From assembly GCA_963801355.1 (NCBI GenBank), contig CAWDEM010000008.1:1248001-1312000 (forward strand): DNA of 64,000 nt, given 5' to 3'. The translations under genes were made by a program, and so were the position numbers. Source of the stretch: Ignavibacteriota bacterium. GTDB taxonomy: Bacteria > Bacteroidota > Ignavibacteria > UBA10030 > UBA6906. Of the stretch, positions 19,469 to 29,549 are shown one piece after another. The notes under the pieces were generated by a model, which worked only from the letters and a program-made list of their open reading frames with translations, was not told where the DNA came from and made no database searches. Each line of letters opens with the position of its first letter. Within the stretch, counting starts at the first letter, position 1.

Positions 19469-20587
19469 TTATAACAATTCGCCGAACAACCACCCGGCGA
19501 CCACCGAGAGCACCATGATTGTGAGAATGTAGGCGGGCGCTTGCTTTTTCCCCATGACATTGAACAGCACGATCATACTTGGGAGACTGAGAGCATTACC
19601 CGTAAGAAACAGTGTGAGTGCCGGACCACGTCCCATGCCAAGCCCCATCAGTTTCTGTATGATCGGGACTTCGGTGAGAGTGGCGAAATACATGAATGCA
19701 CCGAACGTCGAAGCAATGGCGTTGGAGAGGATGGTATTCTGCCCCACGAGGCCCGTCACGACTTCCTGTGGGACCACCACTTCGATAATGCCTGCGATAA
19801 ATACCCCAACAAAGAGATACGGCAAAATCTTTTTCGTCAAATCCCACGTCTCGCGCAGCCATTCGAGGTTGTGTTCTTTCTGAAACTTGAAGAACACAAT
19901 ACCCAGGATCATCGCAACCATGACAACAATCAGAACAGCCTTGAGTATCGGGGCAATCGACAAGCCGAAGACCACGAGGACCGCAAGTTGAAGCAAGAAG
20001 AAGAGAAGGATCGTGAAGTTCGAGTAGGGCACATCTCCGGGCATTCCCGCGGCAAATGTGCCGTTCGCATTGTTTCTGTCATGGTCGCGAAAAAGGAATG
20101 CCATGAAGAGTCCTGCGATCACCGAGATCACCATTGCAGCGATAAGCCGGCCTACCGCGAAATCCCACCCAAGGACACTGCCCGTCAGAAGGATCGCCGT
20201 GATATTGATCGCGGGTCCCGTAAACAGAAAGGCAACTGCAGGGCCAATACCCGCCCCTCGCTTGTAGATACCTGTAAAGAGTGGAAGGATGGTGCAGGAG
20301 CAAACGGCCAGAATTCCACCTGAGACACTGGCAATCGGATAGGCAATGTACTTCTTGGTGGTCGGTCCGAGAAGCCGCAACACAGCGTCTTTCTTTACGT
20401 ACACGGCGATAGTGCCGGCAATAAAGAACGCCGGCACGAGACAGGTCAGCACGTGCAGGCGTGCGTATTCGTGCAGTAGAGCCAGCCCCGCCGAGATCGA
20501 CTGCAGGACAATAGGTGAATCAATGGGAGCAAAATAGAAGATTGCAAATGCGACCGCAAGCAGTACAAACTTCAGCCACTCTTTCAT
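19469..20587 (-). CDS. ArsP/DUF318-family permease
   Basis: LTCLVPAFFIAG, AVCSCTILPLF, GPAINI, YFATLTEVPI, SLPSM. Confidence 0.88.
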   Translation of the reverse strand: MKEWLKFVLLAVAFAIFYFAPIDSPIVLQSISAGLALLHEYARLHVLTCLVPAFFIAGTIAVYVKKDAVLRLLGPTTKKYIAYPIASVSGGILAVCSCTILPLFTGIYKRGAGIGPAVAFLFTGPAINITAILLTGSVLGWDFAVGRLIAAMVISVIAGLFMAFLFRDHDRNNANGTFAAGMPGDVPYSNFTILLFFLLQLAVLVVFGLSIAPILKAVLIVVMVAMILGIVFFKFQKEHNLEWLRETWDLTKKILPYLFVGVFIAGIIEVVVPQEVVTGLVGQNTILSNAIASTFGAFMYFATLTEVPIIQKLMGLGMGRGPALTLFLTGNALSLPSMIVLFNVMGKKQAPAYILTIMVLSVVAGWLFGELL

Positions 20588-20835
20588 TCGTTCACCTGCA
20601 TGTTGGCCGCTACCAGCTCTTTGACTTTCTCCACTGTCGGCACGCCCCCTTGCCATACCAATTTCTCGTCGATGACCAAGCCCGGTGTTCGCATCACCCC
20701 GTATGAAGCCATACCGTTGAGGTCGGTCACCTTTTCCACGCTGGCCTGAACATTGAGTTGAGCGAGCGCATCAAGTGTGCGCCGCTCCAGTGTGCGGCAG
20801 TTTGAACAGCCGGGTCCAAGTACTTTGATTGTCAT
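20584..20835 (-). CDS. Small redox-active disulfide protein (MTH895/thioredoxin-3 family)
   Basis: IKVLGPGCSNC...YGVMRTPGLVID. Confidence 0.88.
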   Translation of the reverse strand: MTIKVLGPGCSNCRTLERRTLDALAQLNVQASVEKVTDLNGMASYGVMRTPGLVIDEKLVWQGGVPTVEKVKELVAANMQVNE

Positions 20836-20853
20836 GGGAAATTCGTCCTTTTG

Positions 20854-21171
20854 TTATGCTTCCTGTAATGCTTCTGCCTTCTTTGCGAAATCCTGTCGTG
20901 CAATGGCCGCAACGATGTCGAGCAGTTCAAAGATACGGACGTCCGCGACCTTGAAGTTGACACGCAATCCTTCCTTCCAGGAGAGCAGAATGCCCGCCTG
21001 GACAAGAATTTTCAGGTGGCGCGAGAGATTGGATTGTTCAAGTCCGAGGACTGGAGCGATTTCGCAGTTGCACTGAGAGCCGTTGCGGAGGGATTCCAGA
21101 ATTCGGACCCTGTTTGGATGTGCCAGTGCTTCAAGGATCTCGCTTTTCAACTCTGCGGCAGTGGTCTCCAT
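20854..21171 (-). CDS. ArsR/SmtB-family regulator
   Basis: ALAHPNRVRIL, QCNCEI, QSNLSRHLKIL. Confidence 0.9.
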   Translation of the reverse strand: METTAAELKSEILEALAHPNRVRILESLRNGSQCNCEIAPVLGLEQSNLSRHLKILVQAGILLSWKEGLRVNFKVADVRIFELLDIVAAIARQDFAKKAEALQEA

Positions 21172-21197
21172 CGGATGAGACTCCATGATTAATTTAT

Positions 21198-21219
21198 TAT
21201 ATGAGCATGTATGCATATA
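21198..21219. promoter_or_regulatory. Putative ArsR/SmtB-family operator (inverted repeat)
   Basis: TATATG-agcatgtatg-CATATA in an AT-rich stretch directly upstream of the ArsR-family gene. Confidence 0.6.
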
Positions 21220-21340
21220 GTGTGCCACACAATTTCGCCCGAAACGACCCTAAAAAAAAGGCCCCTCAAGGGATGGTACTTCTCAAGAACTGGAAAGAGG
21301 TTACCAGATTCGAAAAATGCCTGGCAGCAGCAAATCTCCC

Positions 21341-22393
21341 TTATGCGGTTTCACCGGCAAGGAATCTTCTCTTGAAGCGAAGCGCCACGTTCACGAGCAA
21401 TATCAGTACCGGCACCTCCACCAAAGGGCCGATGACAGTTGCGAATGCGGCTTGAGAGTTTATCCCGAACACGGCGACAGCCACTGCAATGGCCAGCTCG
21501 AAGTCGTTACTCCCGGCCGTGAAAGAAACGGTTGTCGTCTTTTCATAGCTATATCCCATTCTCTTTGCAACAAAGAAGGTAACGAAGAACATACCGGCGA
21601 AGTAGAACAAGTACGGAATGGCCACTCGGACGACATCAAGGGGCAGCTCGACTATTTTTTCGCCTTTGAGCGAAAACATAACAAAGATGGTGAAGAGTAG
21701 CGCAATTGGTGTGAGTATAGAGATCTTTGGAACGAATATCTTGTGATACCACTCCTTGTCCCTCGCTTTAATTAGTGTCGCACGGGTAATCATTCCTCCG
21801 AAGAATGGTATGCCGAGATAAATGAGCACAGTAATTGCGATTTCCCGTATAGAAATTTCTACTAGGGCTCCCTTGAATCCGAATAGCGGAGGAAGGACCG
21901 TTATGAACACATACGCATACACTGAATAGAGAAACACCTGAAAAATCGCATTGAAGGCAACGAGACCCGCTGCGAGTTCCGAATCGCCTTTTGCCAGGTC
22001 GTTCCACACCAAGACCATTGCAATACAGCGGGCAAGTCCCACCAAAATGACACCTATCATCATCTCTGGTTTATCCGGCAAGAAGATCATTGCCAGGAAA
22101 AACATTACCAGCGGCCCGACAATCCAATTTTGCACTAATGATAGTGAAAGCAGCTTTACATTCTTAAAAACGACCGGAAGCTCTTCATATCTCACCTTCG
22201 CAAGGGGGGGATACATCATCAAAATCAATCCGACTGCAATTGGAATGTTGGTTGTCCCAGAACTCAGCGAATCCCAAAAACCGGCAATGCCCGGAAAGAC
22301 TGATCCGGCAGCCACACCTAAGAACATGGTGGCAAAGATCCATAGCGTCAAATACCTGTCAAAAAATGACAATTCCTTTGATACTTTTGCCAT
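21341..22393 (-). CDS. acr3: ACR3-family arsenite efflux transporter
   Basis: [47 protein letters not shown]. Confidence 0.95.
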   Translation of the reverse strand: MAKVSKELSFFDRYLTLWIFATMFLGVAAGSVFPGIAGFWDSLSSGTTNIPIAVGLILMMYPPLAKVRYEELPVVFKNVKLLSLSLVQNWIVGPLVMFFLAMIFLPDKPEMMIGVILVGLARCIAMVLVWNDLAKGDSELAAGLVAFNAIFQVFLYSVYAYVFITVLPPLFGFKGALVEISIREIAITVLIYLGIPFFGGMITRATLIKARDKEWYHKIFVPKISILTPIALLFTIFVMFSLKGEKIVELPLDVVRVAIPYLFYFAGMFFVTFFVAKRMGYSYEKTTTVSFTAGSNDFELAIAVAVAVFGINSQAAFATVIGPLVEVPVLILLVNVALRFKRRFLAGETA

Positions 22394-22403
22394 AGTGTCA
22401 CCT

Positions 22404-22832
22404 TCACGTCGTTGTTCGAATGTCCGTATAGAAGGAGTGCATGTCTCGTTCTATTTCATCCCGCACCTTTCTGAAGACAGAAAGGATCTCTTCATCCGTT
22501 CCGGTCGCATCTGCCGGGTCTTCAAACCCAATGTGCAATCGCTTTCCCACTTTACCCATAAACACCGGGCAGGTTTCCTGCGCATTATCGCACACGGTAA
22601 TGACATAGTCAAATGAATCACGTACGAATTGGTCCACCATTTTCGGATGGTGTCCCGAAAGATCAATGCCGACTTCCTTCATCACTTGAATTGCTTTGGG
22701 GTGGACTTGCTTTGAAGGATTTGTGCCCGCCGAATACACTTCCAAATCGGAATCAAAAGACTTCACAAACCCTTCTGCCATCTGACTCCGGCACGAGTTA
22801 CCCGTGCAGAGAATGAGAATCTTCCCCTTCAT
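22404..22832 (-). CDS. arsC: Thioredoxin-coupled arsenate reductase (LMW-PTP fold)
   Basis: [29 protein letters not shown]. Confidence 0.93.
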   Translation of the reverse strand: MKGKILILCTGNSCRSQMAEGFVKSFDSDLEVYSAGTNPSKQVHPKAIQVMKEVGIDLSGHHPKMVDQFVRDSFDYVITVCDNAQETCPVFMGKVGKRLHIGFEDPADATGTDEEILSVFRKVRDEIERDMHSFYTDIRTTT

Positions 22833-22854
22833 TTCGTGTACCTGCAATAGTAGA

Positions 22855-24735
22855 TCATACAGTTGGCTCTTCTGCATAACTGTATGTTTCATTCTTGAAC
22901 AGCTCCCCAGCTGTACGTTTGACCATCGCAAGTCCCTTGATCTCCGTTTCCAGCAAGGGCATTACTGCCATGGGTAGGTGGAAGCGCGTTCTGATTTCCA
23001 TGAGGTATTTTGCCTGCATTGCCTGTCGGCGAGCGAAGTACTCGTTCGTGCAGTATTCGGCTGATAGGACCTGATTTGCCACAACGAACTGGGTTGGAAT
23101 TCCCGCAGCCTTCAAATCGAGCATTGCACGGTATGCCTCCACCACCGGCGTCGATTCCGGATAAATGACGAAGGCAAATACTGAGCGCTCGGGGTCTTTC
23201 ATCCGTGCAATAATGCGATCGAATCGTTGCTGTGTCTCCGACTTTGCTGTGGCGCTCCTGTCCGTTGTTGTCACCATCAAGCTGACTTGATCGCTGTAGT
23301 CAAACGGGAGTTCAAGCAGACGGAGGGTGTGTCCGGTAGGAGCCGTATCGAACACGACAACATCAAACTCCTCGCTCTCGACATAGTGCATAAACTTGTC
23401 GAAGGCCGCCATTTCTTCGGTGCAGGGAGACTCCAGTTCCTCCCGAATGGCTAGGAGCATGTCTGGCGAGTACTTTGACTGCGCGTCAGCAAGAATGCGC
23501 CGCTTATACTCTTCCGTCGCTTTTCGTTGATCGATGATCGTCGCAACAAGGTTCTTGACACCGTTCACCGGCTGGATGGTGTCCCCGACATGCTGCGAAA
23601 GCACTTCGCCAATATGTGAGGCTGGGTCAGTAGTCAGCAAGAGCGTTTTGTAACCCTCTGAGGCGAGCTGAACTGCTGCAGCACACGATATCGTTGTCTT
23701 ACCGACGCCTCCTTTGCCCGTGAAGAAAATAGCTTTTGTTAAGCCGTTGGGCCGCATGAGTTCAAGAATATTGTCGGCAACGAGGGGCGGCGGGGCTTTC
23801 GCAACATTTCCTGCCGAACGATGCAGACGATATGAATCGGCTCCTTCCGTAGGAGAGAATAGATCCCGCCCAATGTTACGGAGAGCATCGAACCCCTTGA
23901 TTTCACCGTCCCGCTGTAGCATGCGGCGTTGTGGTACCGGAAAGAGTGTCGTGATTTCTGCAAGATGCTTCTGTTGCATCTCGAACCGCTTCTTGAAGAA
24001 CGGATGTTCACAGACTTCCTTCGGAAGAATACCATTCACTATCAACTCAATCCTTTTGACGCCGATGGTTGTCAATTCCTCAGATGAGCGCTTTGTTTCA
24101 AAGAGCGACGTTGCTTCAGGTTGTAGTACAAAGATGAATGTGGTACGTTCCGGATCACCGAGGAGACGGGTCGCTTCATCGTATTTCACTTTGTTTTCCT
24201 GAATCGATGCTACAGGTCCGATGCAGGTGTTGCCGCCACCCTTGGCGCTCTCTTCGATGTGTTTGCTCCAATCCACAGGAAGCTCAAGCAAACGGATGGT
24301 GTGTCCCGTGGGAGCGGTATCGAAGATGACCACATCATAGCTTTCGCCTTTGCCTTCCTTTTCCGCAACCATGAAATCAACAAAGCGGTCGAACGAGGCG
24401 ATTTCCGTTGTGCAGGGAGAGTTGAATTGCTCCTCCAGCACCTTCATCACATCAATCGGCATCACCTCACGCATGGGAGCGAGGATGCGTTCCCGGTATT
24501 CCTGAGTAGATATGTCCGGATCGATTTCCATGCCCCAAAGGTTCGGAATACCGAGTGGGGTGATTTTGTGTCCGATTTCCGTTTCGAAAACATCGGCAAG
24601 ATTGGATGCGGGATCAGTTGTGATGATCAGCGTCTTCAGACCGTTCTCGGCATAATGCACTGCAGTCGCACAAGCCATCGTGGTCTTGCCTACGCCGCCT
24701 TTGCCTGAAAAAAACAAATAGCGTGTCTGTATCAT
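22855..24735 (-). CDS. arsA: Arsenical pump-driving ATPase
   Basis: Two GKGGVGKTT and two DTAPTGHT motifs; metalloid-binding Cys in SPCTTE, TCIGP and SPCTEE. Confidence 0.95.
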   Translation of the reverse strand: MIQTRYLFFSGKGGVGKTTMACATAVHYAENGLKTLIITTDPASNLADVFETEIGHKITPLGIPNLWGMEIDPDISTQEYRERILAPMREVMPIDVMKVLEEQFNSPCTTEIASFDRFVDFMVAEKEGKGESYDVVIFDTAPTGHTIRLLELPVDWSKHIEESAKGGGNTCIGPVASIQENKVKYDEATRLLGDPERTTFIFVLQPEATSLFETKRSSEELTTIGVKRIELIVNGILPKEVCEHPFFKKRFEMQQKHLAEITTLFPVPQRRMLQRDGEIKGFDALRNIGRDLFSPTEGADSYRLHRSAGNVAKAPPPLVADNILELMRPNGLTKAIFFTGKGGVGKTTISCAAAVQLASEGYKTLLLTTDPASHIGEVLSQHVGDTIQPVNGVKNLVATIIDQRKATEEYKRRILADAQSKYSPDMLLAIREELESPCTEEMAAFDKFMHYVESEEFDVVVFDTAPTGHTLRLLELPFDYSDQVSLMVTTTDRSATAKSETQQRFDRIIARMKDPERSVFAFVIYPESTPVVEAYRAMLDLKAAGIPTQFVVANQVLSAEYCTNEYFARRQAMQAKYLMEIRTRFHLPMAVMPLLETEIKGLAMVKRTAGELFKNETYSYAEEPTV

Positions 24736-25076
24736 CTCACTCTCTCCTTGATTGCCAGTCTCAGTTCATCATAGGTCGGATAGGACTTTTGCTTGACAAT
24801 CTTCCCGTTGAGCATGGTGATCGGCAGAACCGAAACGCCTTCGCGTTTCAAGAGTGTGAGAACATCAGGGACCTGCATGAACTTCTGTCCCTGCTGGCTC
24901 AGTAGATAGCGCTCGACCTCCAGCGTACCCTCCAATTCTTTCTTGAGTTTCAGAATCGCTTCGTTGATATCAAGCAGGGCAGGATCAATGGCCGGACCAC
25001 ACATCCCACCCGGACAGCACATCGGCGGGTCGAAAATCTCAAGAGTCATAAGAGCGTTTGCCGTGTTCGTATTCAT
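24732..25076 (-). CDS. arsD: Arsenite metallochaperone
   Basis: IFDPPMCCPGGMCGP; ATGA overlap with arsA. Confidence 0.92.
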   Translation of the reverse strand: MNTNTANALMTLEIFDPPMCCPGGMCGPAIDPALLDINEAILKLKKELEGTLEVERYLLSQQGQKFMQVPDVLTLLKREGVSVLPITMLNGKIVKQKSYPTYDELRLAIKERVR

Positions 25077-25257
25077 AAATCGTTCTCCATCCTATGTATT
25101 GAGTATTGACAGTCGTGGTCCACAGCCTGCCGTTTGTGCAGGAAGCCCAGCTCGCCGCGCAGTTTGAAGCGACAACCGATGAATTGGTGTTCAGTTGACA
25201 GCGTACCCATGATCACAAGCTTTCACATTCTCCAGTCGCCACCTGGAGTGCAGAAGC

Positions 25258-25920
25258 TCATAACGCACATACCTCCCCATCAACTATCTTCACAGATCGA
25301 TCGGACAATCTTGCCAAACTCGGGTCATGAGTGACGAGCACAATCGTCTTTCCTTCTCTATGCACTTCCTTAAGAACATCTATTACCTCCGAAGCTGTGA
25401 CAGGATCAAGGTTACCCGTGGGCTCGTCTGCCAGTATCAATTGCGGTTCCTTGATCAACGCCCTAGCCAAAGCAACACGCTGTTGTTGCCCAACGCTCAA
25501 TTCGCTCGGAAGATGTTCCAGACGATCCGATAGTTTCATTCCCTCCACAATGCGCAGAATGTCTTTACCGTTCCTTCCATTTCTCGCAGACAGATCCAAA
25601 GATATTCTCACATTATCATACACATTGAGATAGGGCAGCAAATTGAACGTTTGAAAAACAAAACCAATTGTCTTTCCTCGCCAATCGGCTCGTTTCGTTG
25701 AATTCCAGTCATAGATTGGTTCATTATTCCAGAACACTTTGCCAGACGTGGGAGAACTCATGCCGCCGAGCGCCAGGAGCAGCGTGCTCTTCCCAGAACC
25801 ACTCGGACCGATGATGCTCAAGAATTCACCTCTTTGTATTTCCAGAGAAATGTTTTTGAGCGCTTGGACGTCCTTGTGTCTGCCGGCAAAGACCTTACTC
25901 ATATTCTCGACTCGTATCAT
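25258..25920 (-). CDS. ABC transporter ATP-binding protein (LolD/MacB type)
   Basis: GPSGSGKST, LSVGQQQRVALARAL, ADEPTGNLD, VTHD. Confidence 0.92.
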   Translation of the reverse strand: MIRVENMSKVFAGRHKDVQALKNISLEIQRGEFLSIIGPSGSGKSTLLLALGGMSSPTSGKVFWNNEPIYDWNSTKRADWRGKTIGFVFQTFNLLPYLNVYDNVRISLDLSARNGRNGKDILRIVEGMKLSDRLEHLPSELSVGQQQRVALARALIKEPQLILADEPTGNLDPVTASEVIDVLKEVHREGKTIVLVTHDPSLARLSDRSVKIVDGEVCAL

Positions 25921-25924
25921 CAGG

Positions 25925-27142
25925 TCATTCCTCCTGCATAATAACATGGGGGTCGACTTTGGTCGCTCTGACGATAGGCCAGATGCTCGCCGTGAGAGAA
26001 ACGAGCACAGAGAGAACCAACCCGTACAGGGCCAACATCGGCATTGGCAAAACCGGAATCTCAGCCAGCCTGGGGCCCAAAACAACGGCTATTAATGTCC
26101 CCAAAATGTACCCCAGGACTCCGCCTGCAATACCGATGAAAAGAGACTTCAGCAAGAATAGTCTGACGATCCAACCCGGTCTTGCGCCCATGGCCATCAG
26201 AATGCCTATTTCACGACGACGTTCGTACACATTGGCAAACATGTAATTTGCGATGCTGGCGCCACCGATGACAACGATGATGATCAACAAAAGGAGAGAC
26301 AAATTGTTCATCATCTTGTTCGTGTTAATCTGCGTGCTGACGATTTGCGTGATCGTGACAACTTTGGCGTCTGGCAACAACTTGTTCAACTTCTGGATCA
26401 GACCCTTGGAAATCTCCGAACAGCAACCGACGATTTCAATGACATTCAACACCGCTTTGCGGTTGCTCAGTCCCTGGACGGTGTAGAGATGGGCGAAAAT
26501 TCTGTTGTCATCCACTGTGCCTGTCACTGGCAGGACCGCATCAACGACAAATGCTCGATTCAACAGGCGGAGCGAATCTCCTGACTGCAGCTTGAGCGTC
26601 TGTGCTATGTCACCTCCGACCAGAACGGCATCTTCCGCCAAATCATCGACCACGCGTTTTCGCACTTGCGTCTTCTTTGAATCGGTGAGACCCGGAATGT
26701 TGGGCACCGTGCCGCATCCCTCCGGCCTGGAGAAGACTCCTAATGTTCCTTGCCATGTCGCCTTGGATTTGAATTCGTTTTTCGGCAGAATCCCGGTCAA
26801 TACTGTCTGTTGCCCAGCCACTTCGACCGGGATGCTCAGCTTCGGAGACAAATTGTCGAGCCCCTGAATATCCGAATTGACGAGAACGTCTACATAATTT
26901 TCCGGTATCTCGTCCTCTTGAAAATCGGCACTGTAATAATCTTGGACTGTGGCCGATTTCGGCAAGATGAGGACGTTTGCCCCCAACGCGTCCAATTCCC
27001 TGGAAACAGCTTTTTCTGAGTAAACACTAATGTTTTTGATGCCCACAATAACTGCAATACCCAGAGTAATGGCGGTCAAACTGGACACCAATTGGTTGCT
27101 ACGTTGAAAGGTTTCTTTAAAGACTAATCTGTTAAGTTTCAT
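25925..27142 (-). CDS. ABC transporter permease (MacB/FtsX type)
   Basis: N-terminal TM helix, large periplasmic domain containing EGCG and VGCCS, ERRREIGILMAMGA, three C-terminal TM helices. Confidence 0.9.
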   Translation of the reverse strand: MKLNRLVFKETFQRSNQLVSSLTAITLGIAVIVGIKNISVYSEKAVSRELDALGANVLILPKSATVQDYYSADFQEDEIPENYVDVLVNSDIQGLDNLSPKLSIPVEVAGQQTVLTGILPKNEFKSKATWQGTLGVFSRPEGCGTVPNIPGLTDSKKTQVRKRVVDDLAEDAVLVGGDIAQTLKLQSGDSLRLLNRAFVVDAVLPVTGTVDDNRIFAHLYTVQGLSNRKAVLNVIEIVGCCSEISKGLIQKLNKLLPDAKVVTITQIVSTQINTNKMMNNLSLLLLIIIVVIGGASIANYMFANVYERRREIGILMAMGARPGWIVRLFLLKSLFIGIAGGVLGYILGTLIAVVLGPRLAEIPVLPMPMLALYGLVLSVLVSLTASIWPIVRATKVDPHVIMQEE

Positions 27143-27154
27143 GTGTCATCGTTC

Positions 27155-27997
27155 CTATTTGGGGCAGCAACCACCGCCGGAACATGAGACCAGACAGGTA
27201 ATCAGAGTGTCTTTGGTAATTTTTCCCGAATAGACACCGCCAATCTTCCCCGGGGGGACTATGACCACCGTGGCAGCTTCTTTCATATTCTGATCAACCC
27301 TGCATTGTGAAAGGAATTCTTTAATCTCATTGTCGTGAGGATCTTGTCGTATGATGTCCACATAACCCTTGAGACGTTCATCTTTGGACAATTCATAAGC
27401 CGCGGCTGACGCTTCAGTATTGAATTTTGTACCTTCGTCCTGCAGGGAAACCAACGCGACTTTCCCGGCCTGAACGGACTTTAGGATATTCATCACCAAT
27501 TTTGGCACTAGGCACTTTGAAAGTTGTTCATCTGTGACCTTTGCGGGAAATCCGCCTGTAACAGCACCATTTGGTGCAAACACGAGCAGGAGTGGGAGGG
27601 GGGCACCCTTAACGCCATACTTTTGAATCACATCTGATTCCTTGTTGTCGGTCGTCAGAGCCACATACGCTTTCATGGCTTTCGGCGACCTTTTTGAAAA
27701 TGCTCGCACGATCTGCTGCATTTCTTGAAAAGAATTATCCTTCTTTTCGTAGAATAGGATGGCCAGATAATCGCCGTTTTGCTGTGCCTCTGCAATTGCT
27801 TTACTCGCCGATACGAGAGCAACGCGTGTCTCCGAAGATGTTTTCGCTATGGCCTGCTTTTGCGTGTTCGACTGGATTGCGGCTTGCACTTGCGAATTTG
27901 CATCATCATTCTTCATACAGATCACAAGGATGAGAAGTACGAAGTGCATCCCTAATGTTCCGCGGTAATGTGGGTTCAAGAGATTCTTCATCACCAT
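27155..27997 (-). CDS. Exported protein with thioredoxin-like domains and Cys-rich tail
   Basis: AAGGGAG RBS, hydrophobic N-terminal segment, KYGVKGAPLPLLLVFAPNG (Trx-like, no CxxC), tail CLVSCSGGGCCPK. Confidence 0.7.
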   Translation of the reverse strand: MVMKNLLNPHYRGTLGMHFVLLILVICMKNDDANSQVQAAIQSNTQKQAIAKTSSETRVALVSASKAIAEAQQNGDYLAILFYEKKDNSFQEMQQIVRAFSKRSPKAMKAYVALTTDNKESDVIQKYGVKGAPLPLLLVFAPNGAVTGGFPAKVTDEQLSKCLVPKLVMNILKSVQAGKVALVSLQDEGTKFNTEASAAAYELSKDERLKGYVDIIRQDPHDNEIKEFLSQCRVDQNMKEAATVVIVPPGKIGGVYSGKITKDTLITCLVSCSGGGCCPK

Positions 27998-28044
27998 TTT
28001 CTCCCTTTTATGAGCATCCCTTGCCAAGGGAACGAAATGTTGTT

Positions 28045-28383
28045 TTAGCAGCACGTATTCTGATTGACTTCTTTCTCCATCTCGAGAACGAACTTCCCTA
28101 CTATCTGCGACAAACGATGAATTGCTTCTCTGTTGACCGCATAACACGACATAGGGCCTTGTTGCGTACGCGTGACCAACTTTGAAGTGACCAGGACTGC
28201 CAGGTGTTGTGACACTGTGGCCTGTGCAAGAGGAAGCTCTTTGACAAAATCTCCGCAGCTGCACCCCTTGACGCTGGCAAGTTTCTTGAGGATTGTCACC
28301 CTGACAGGATGCGAAAGGCTCTTCGCGAGTGACGCCAGCTCCCTAACAGAGCCGTCAACAAGTTGATCTTTGTGATGCTCCAT
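28045..28383 (-). CDS. ArsR/SmtB-family regulator with C-terminal CC
   Basis: SLSHPVRVTIL, CSCGDF, QATVSQHL, ends NTCC. Confidence 0.9.
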   Translation of the reverse strand: MEHHKDQLVDGSVRELASLAKSLSHPVRVTILKKLASVKGCSCGDFVKELPLAQATVSQHLAVLVTSKLVTRTQQGPMSCYAVNREAIHRLSQIVGKFVLEMEKEVNQNTCC

Positions 28384-28428
28384 GTTTCTGCATCCTTTCG
28401 GCTGCGCCCATCATCTGGCTAGCGCCCG

Positions 28429-28803
28429 TCACCCGCAGCACGATTGACGCGCCGCTGCCGAAGCAAAATCAAATCCCAACTCTTGACTGAGCCCGCGGTT
28501 GCATTCCTGCAGTGATGCCACCAGGCTCTGCCGGGCCTGAATGTACCGGGCAGTGGCCGGGTGAGTGTTCACACTGCTCTGTAATGCCCGCAACTCGTCG
28601 ATCTCTTCTTGCGACAGCGCTCCTGTCGATTGCTTGGTCTGCAACTCCGTGGACCGTTCGTTGAAGTGTTTTCGAATCGCACGCAACTCTGGGTCGCCCT
28701 GGAATTCAGTTCGGGTTCGTGTAAAAGCATCATACACATCCGATTGTTGTACGGCAGCAATAAAGGCTTCAGCAGCATCGTGAAGTTCAGTATTCAGCAT
28801 CAT
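28429..28803 (-). CDS. YlbF/YmcA-like helical protein with CC tail
   Basis: All-helical; AIxxSxxY-type start (AVQQSDVY), ends LGFDFASAAARQSCCG. Confidence 0.65.
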   Translation of the reverse strand: MMLNTELHDAAEAFIAAVQQSDVYDAFTRTRTEFQGDPELRAIRKHFNERSTELQTKQSTGALSQEEIDELRALQSSVNTHPATARYIQARQSLVASLQECNRGLSQELGFDFASAAARQSCCG

Positions 28804-28813
28804 CTTCTCCTTG

Positions 28814-29218
28814 TCATGAACAGCAACCACTTCTTGGCTTTGTCAGCCCAGCAAAATCCAGATTCAGCCGCTCGCTGAGAAACTCGTTTAGTTCCCGAAG
28901 CAGGGTGACCAACTCTTCTTGTGCGCTGAAATAGTTCTTGAGCGTCTGGTTCGCCTCTATTGCGCGCTGCAAGTCCTCCATCCGTTGCGCTTCCTCACGT
29001 GTGTCGCTTCCGAGTTGCCGCGATAGTTGTATCGTCCGCTGGGCATCCTCATATCGAGCGAGCAGTTCCCGGGCCTGAACGTCGTTCTGGTAGCTCTGCT
29101 CCGCTGTACTGTATGCACAGTATTCAGCAGTAGCAACAATGGCAGCGCCAAGCCTTGTGCTGACTTCGCGGGCGCTTACCCTTATCCGAGGTGCTTGTCG
29201 TGTGATTTCGTTGTTCAT
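28814..29218 (-). CDS. YlbF/YmcA-like helical protein with CC tail
   Basis: LGAAIVATAEY...NYFSAQEEL..LLRELN, ends LNLDFAGLTKPRSGCCS. Confidence 0.65.
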   Translation of the reverse strand: MNNEITRQAPRIRVSAREVSTRLGAAIVATAEYCAYSTAEQSYQNDVQARELLARYEDAQRTIQLSRQLGSDTREEAQRMEDLQRAIEANQTLKNYFSAQEELVTLLRELNEFLSERLNLDFAGLTKPRSGCCS

Positions 29219-29547
29219 GTATCATTCTCGCCTGTTTGAGTATTGGAGACTTCATCCGCGTCTCGCCGTTCAAGCTCCTGCACAATCCTGCGCTCCGAAA
29301 GCTTCCCGCCCGACTGAATGAGCCTGCCGTCAATGGTAACAAACGGGGGCGCCGCTCCCTCCTGGAGAAGCTTCGTGATGTGCTCGAACTCGAACGACTC
29401 GGGCGAATACAATTCAACATAAGTTGTTCGTATGGTGCTACCATACCTCGACTGGAGTCGTCGACCAATCAAGTCTGCTGCCGCCTTCCATGTCTTGCTG
29501 GGATCGCAGGCTGCTATTGGTAGGCCGAAGATGTGAATTGTGGACAT
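29215..29547 (-). CDS. Small thioredoxin-like protein with a single Cys (DUF1462/ArsD-like fold suspected)
   Basis: IHIFGLPIAAC...PPFVTIDGRLIQSGGKL; ATGA overlap with the next gene. Confidence 0.6.
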   Translation of the reverse strand: MSTIHIFGLPIAACDPSKTWKAAADLIGRRLQSRYGSTIRTTYVELYSPESFEFEHITKLLQEGAAPPFVTIDGRLIQSGGKLSERRIVQELERRDADEVSNTQTGENDT

Positions 29548-29549
29548 AG

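Noticed and set aside
21245-21280. Terminator after acr3
   Set aside because: A T8 tract is present on the minus strand but the preceding stem is too short to call.
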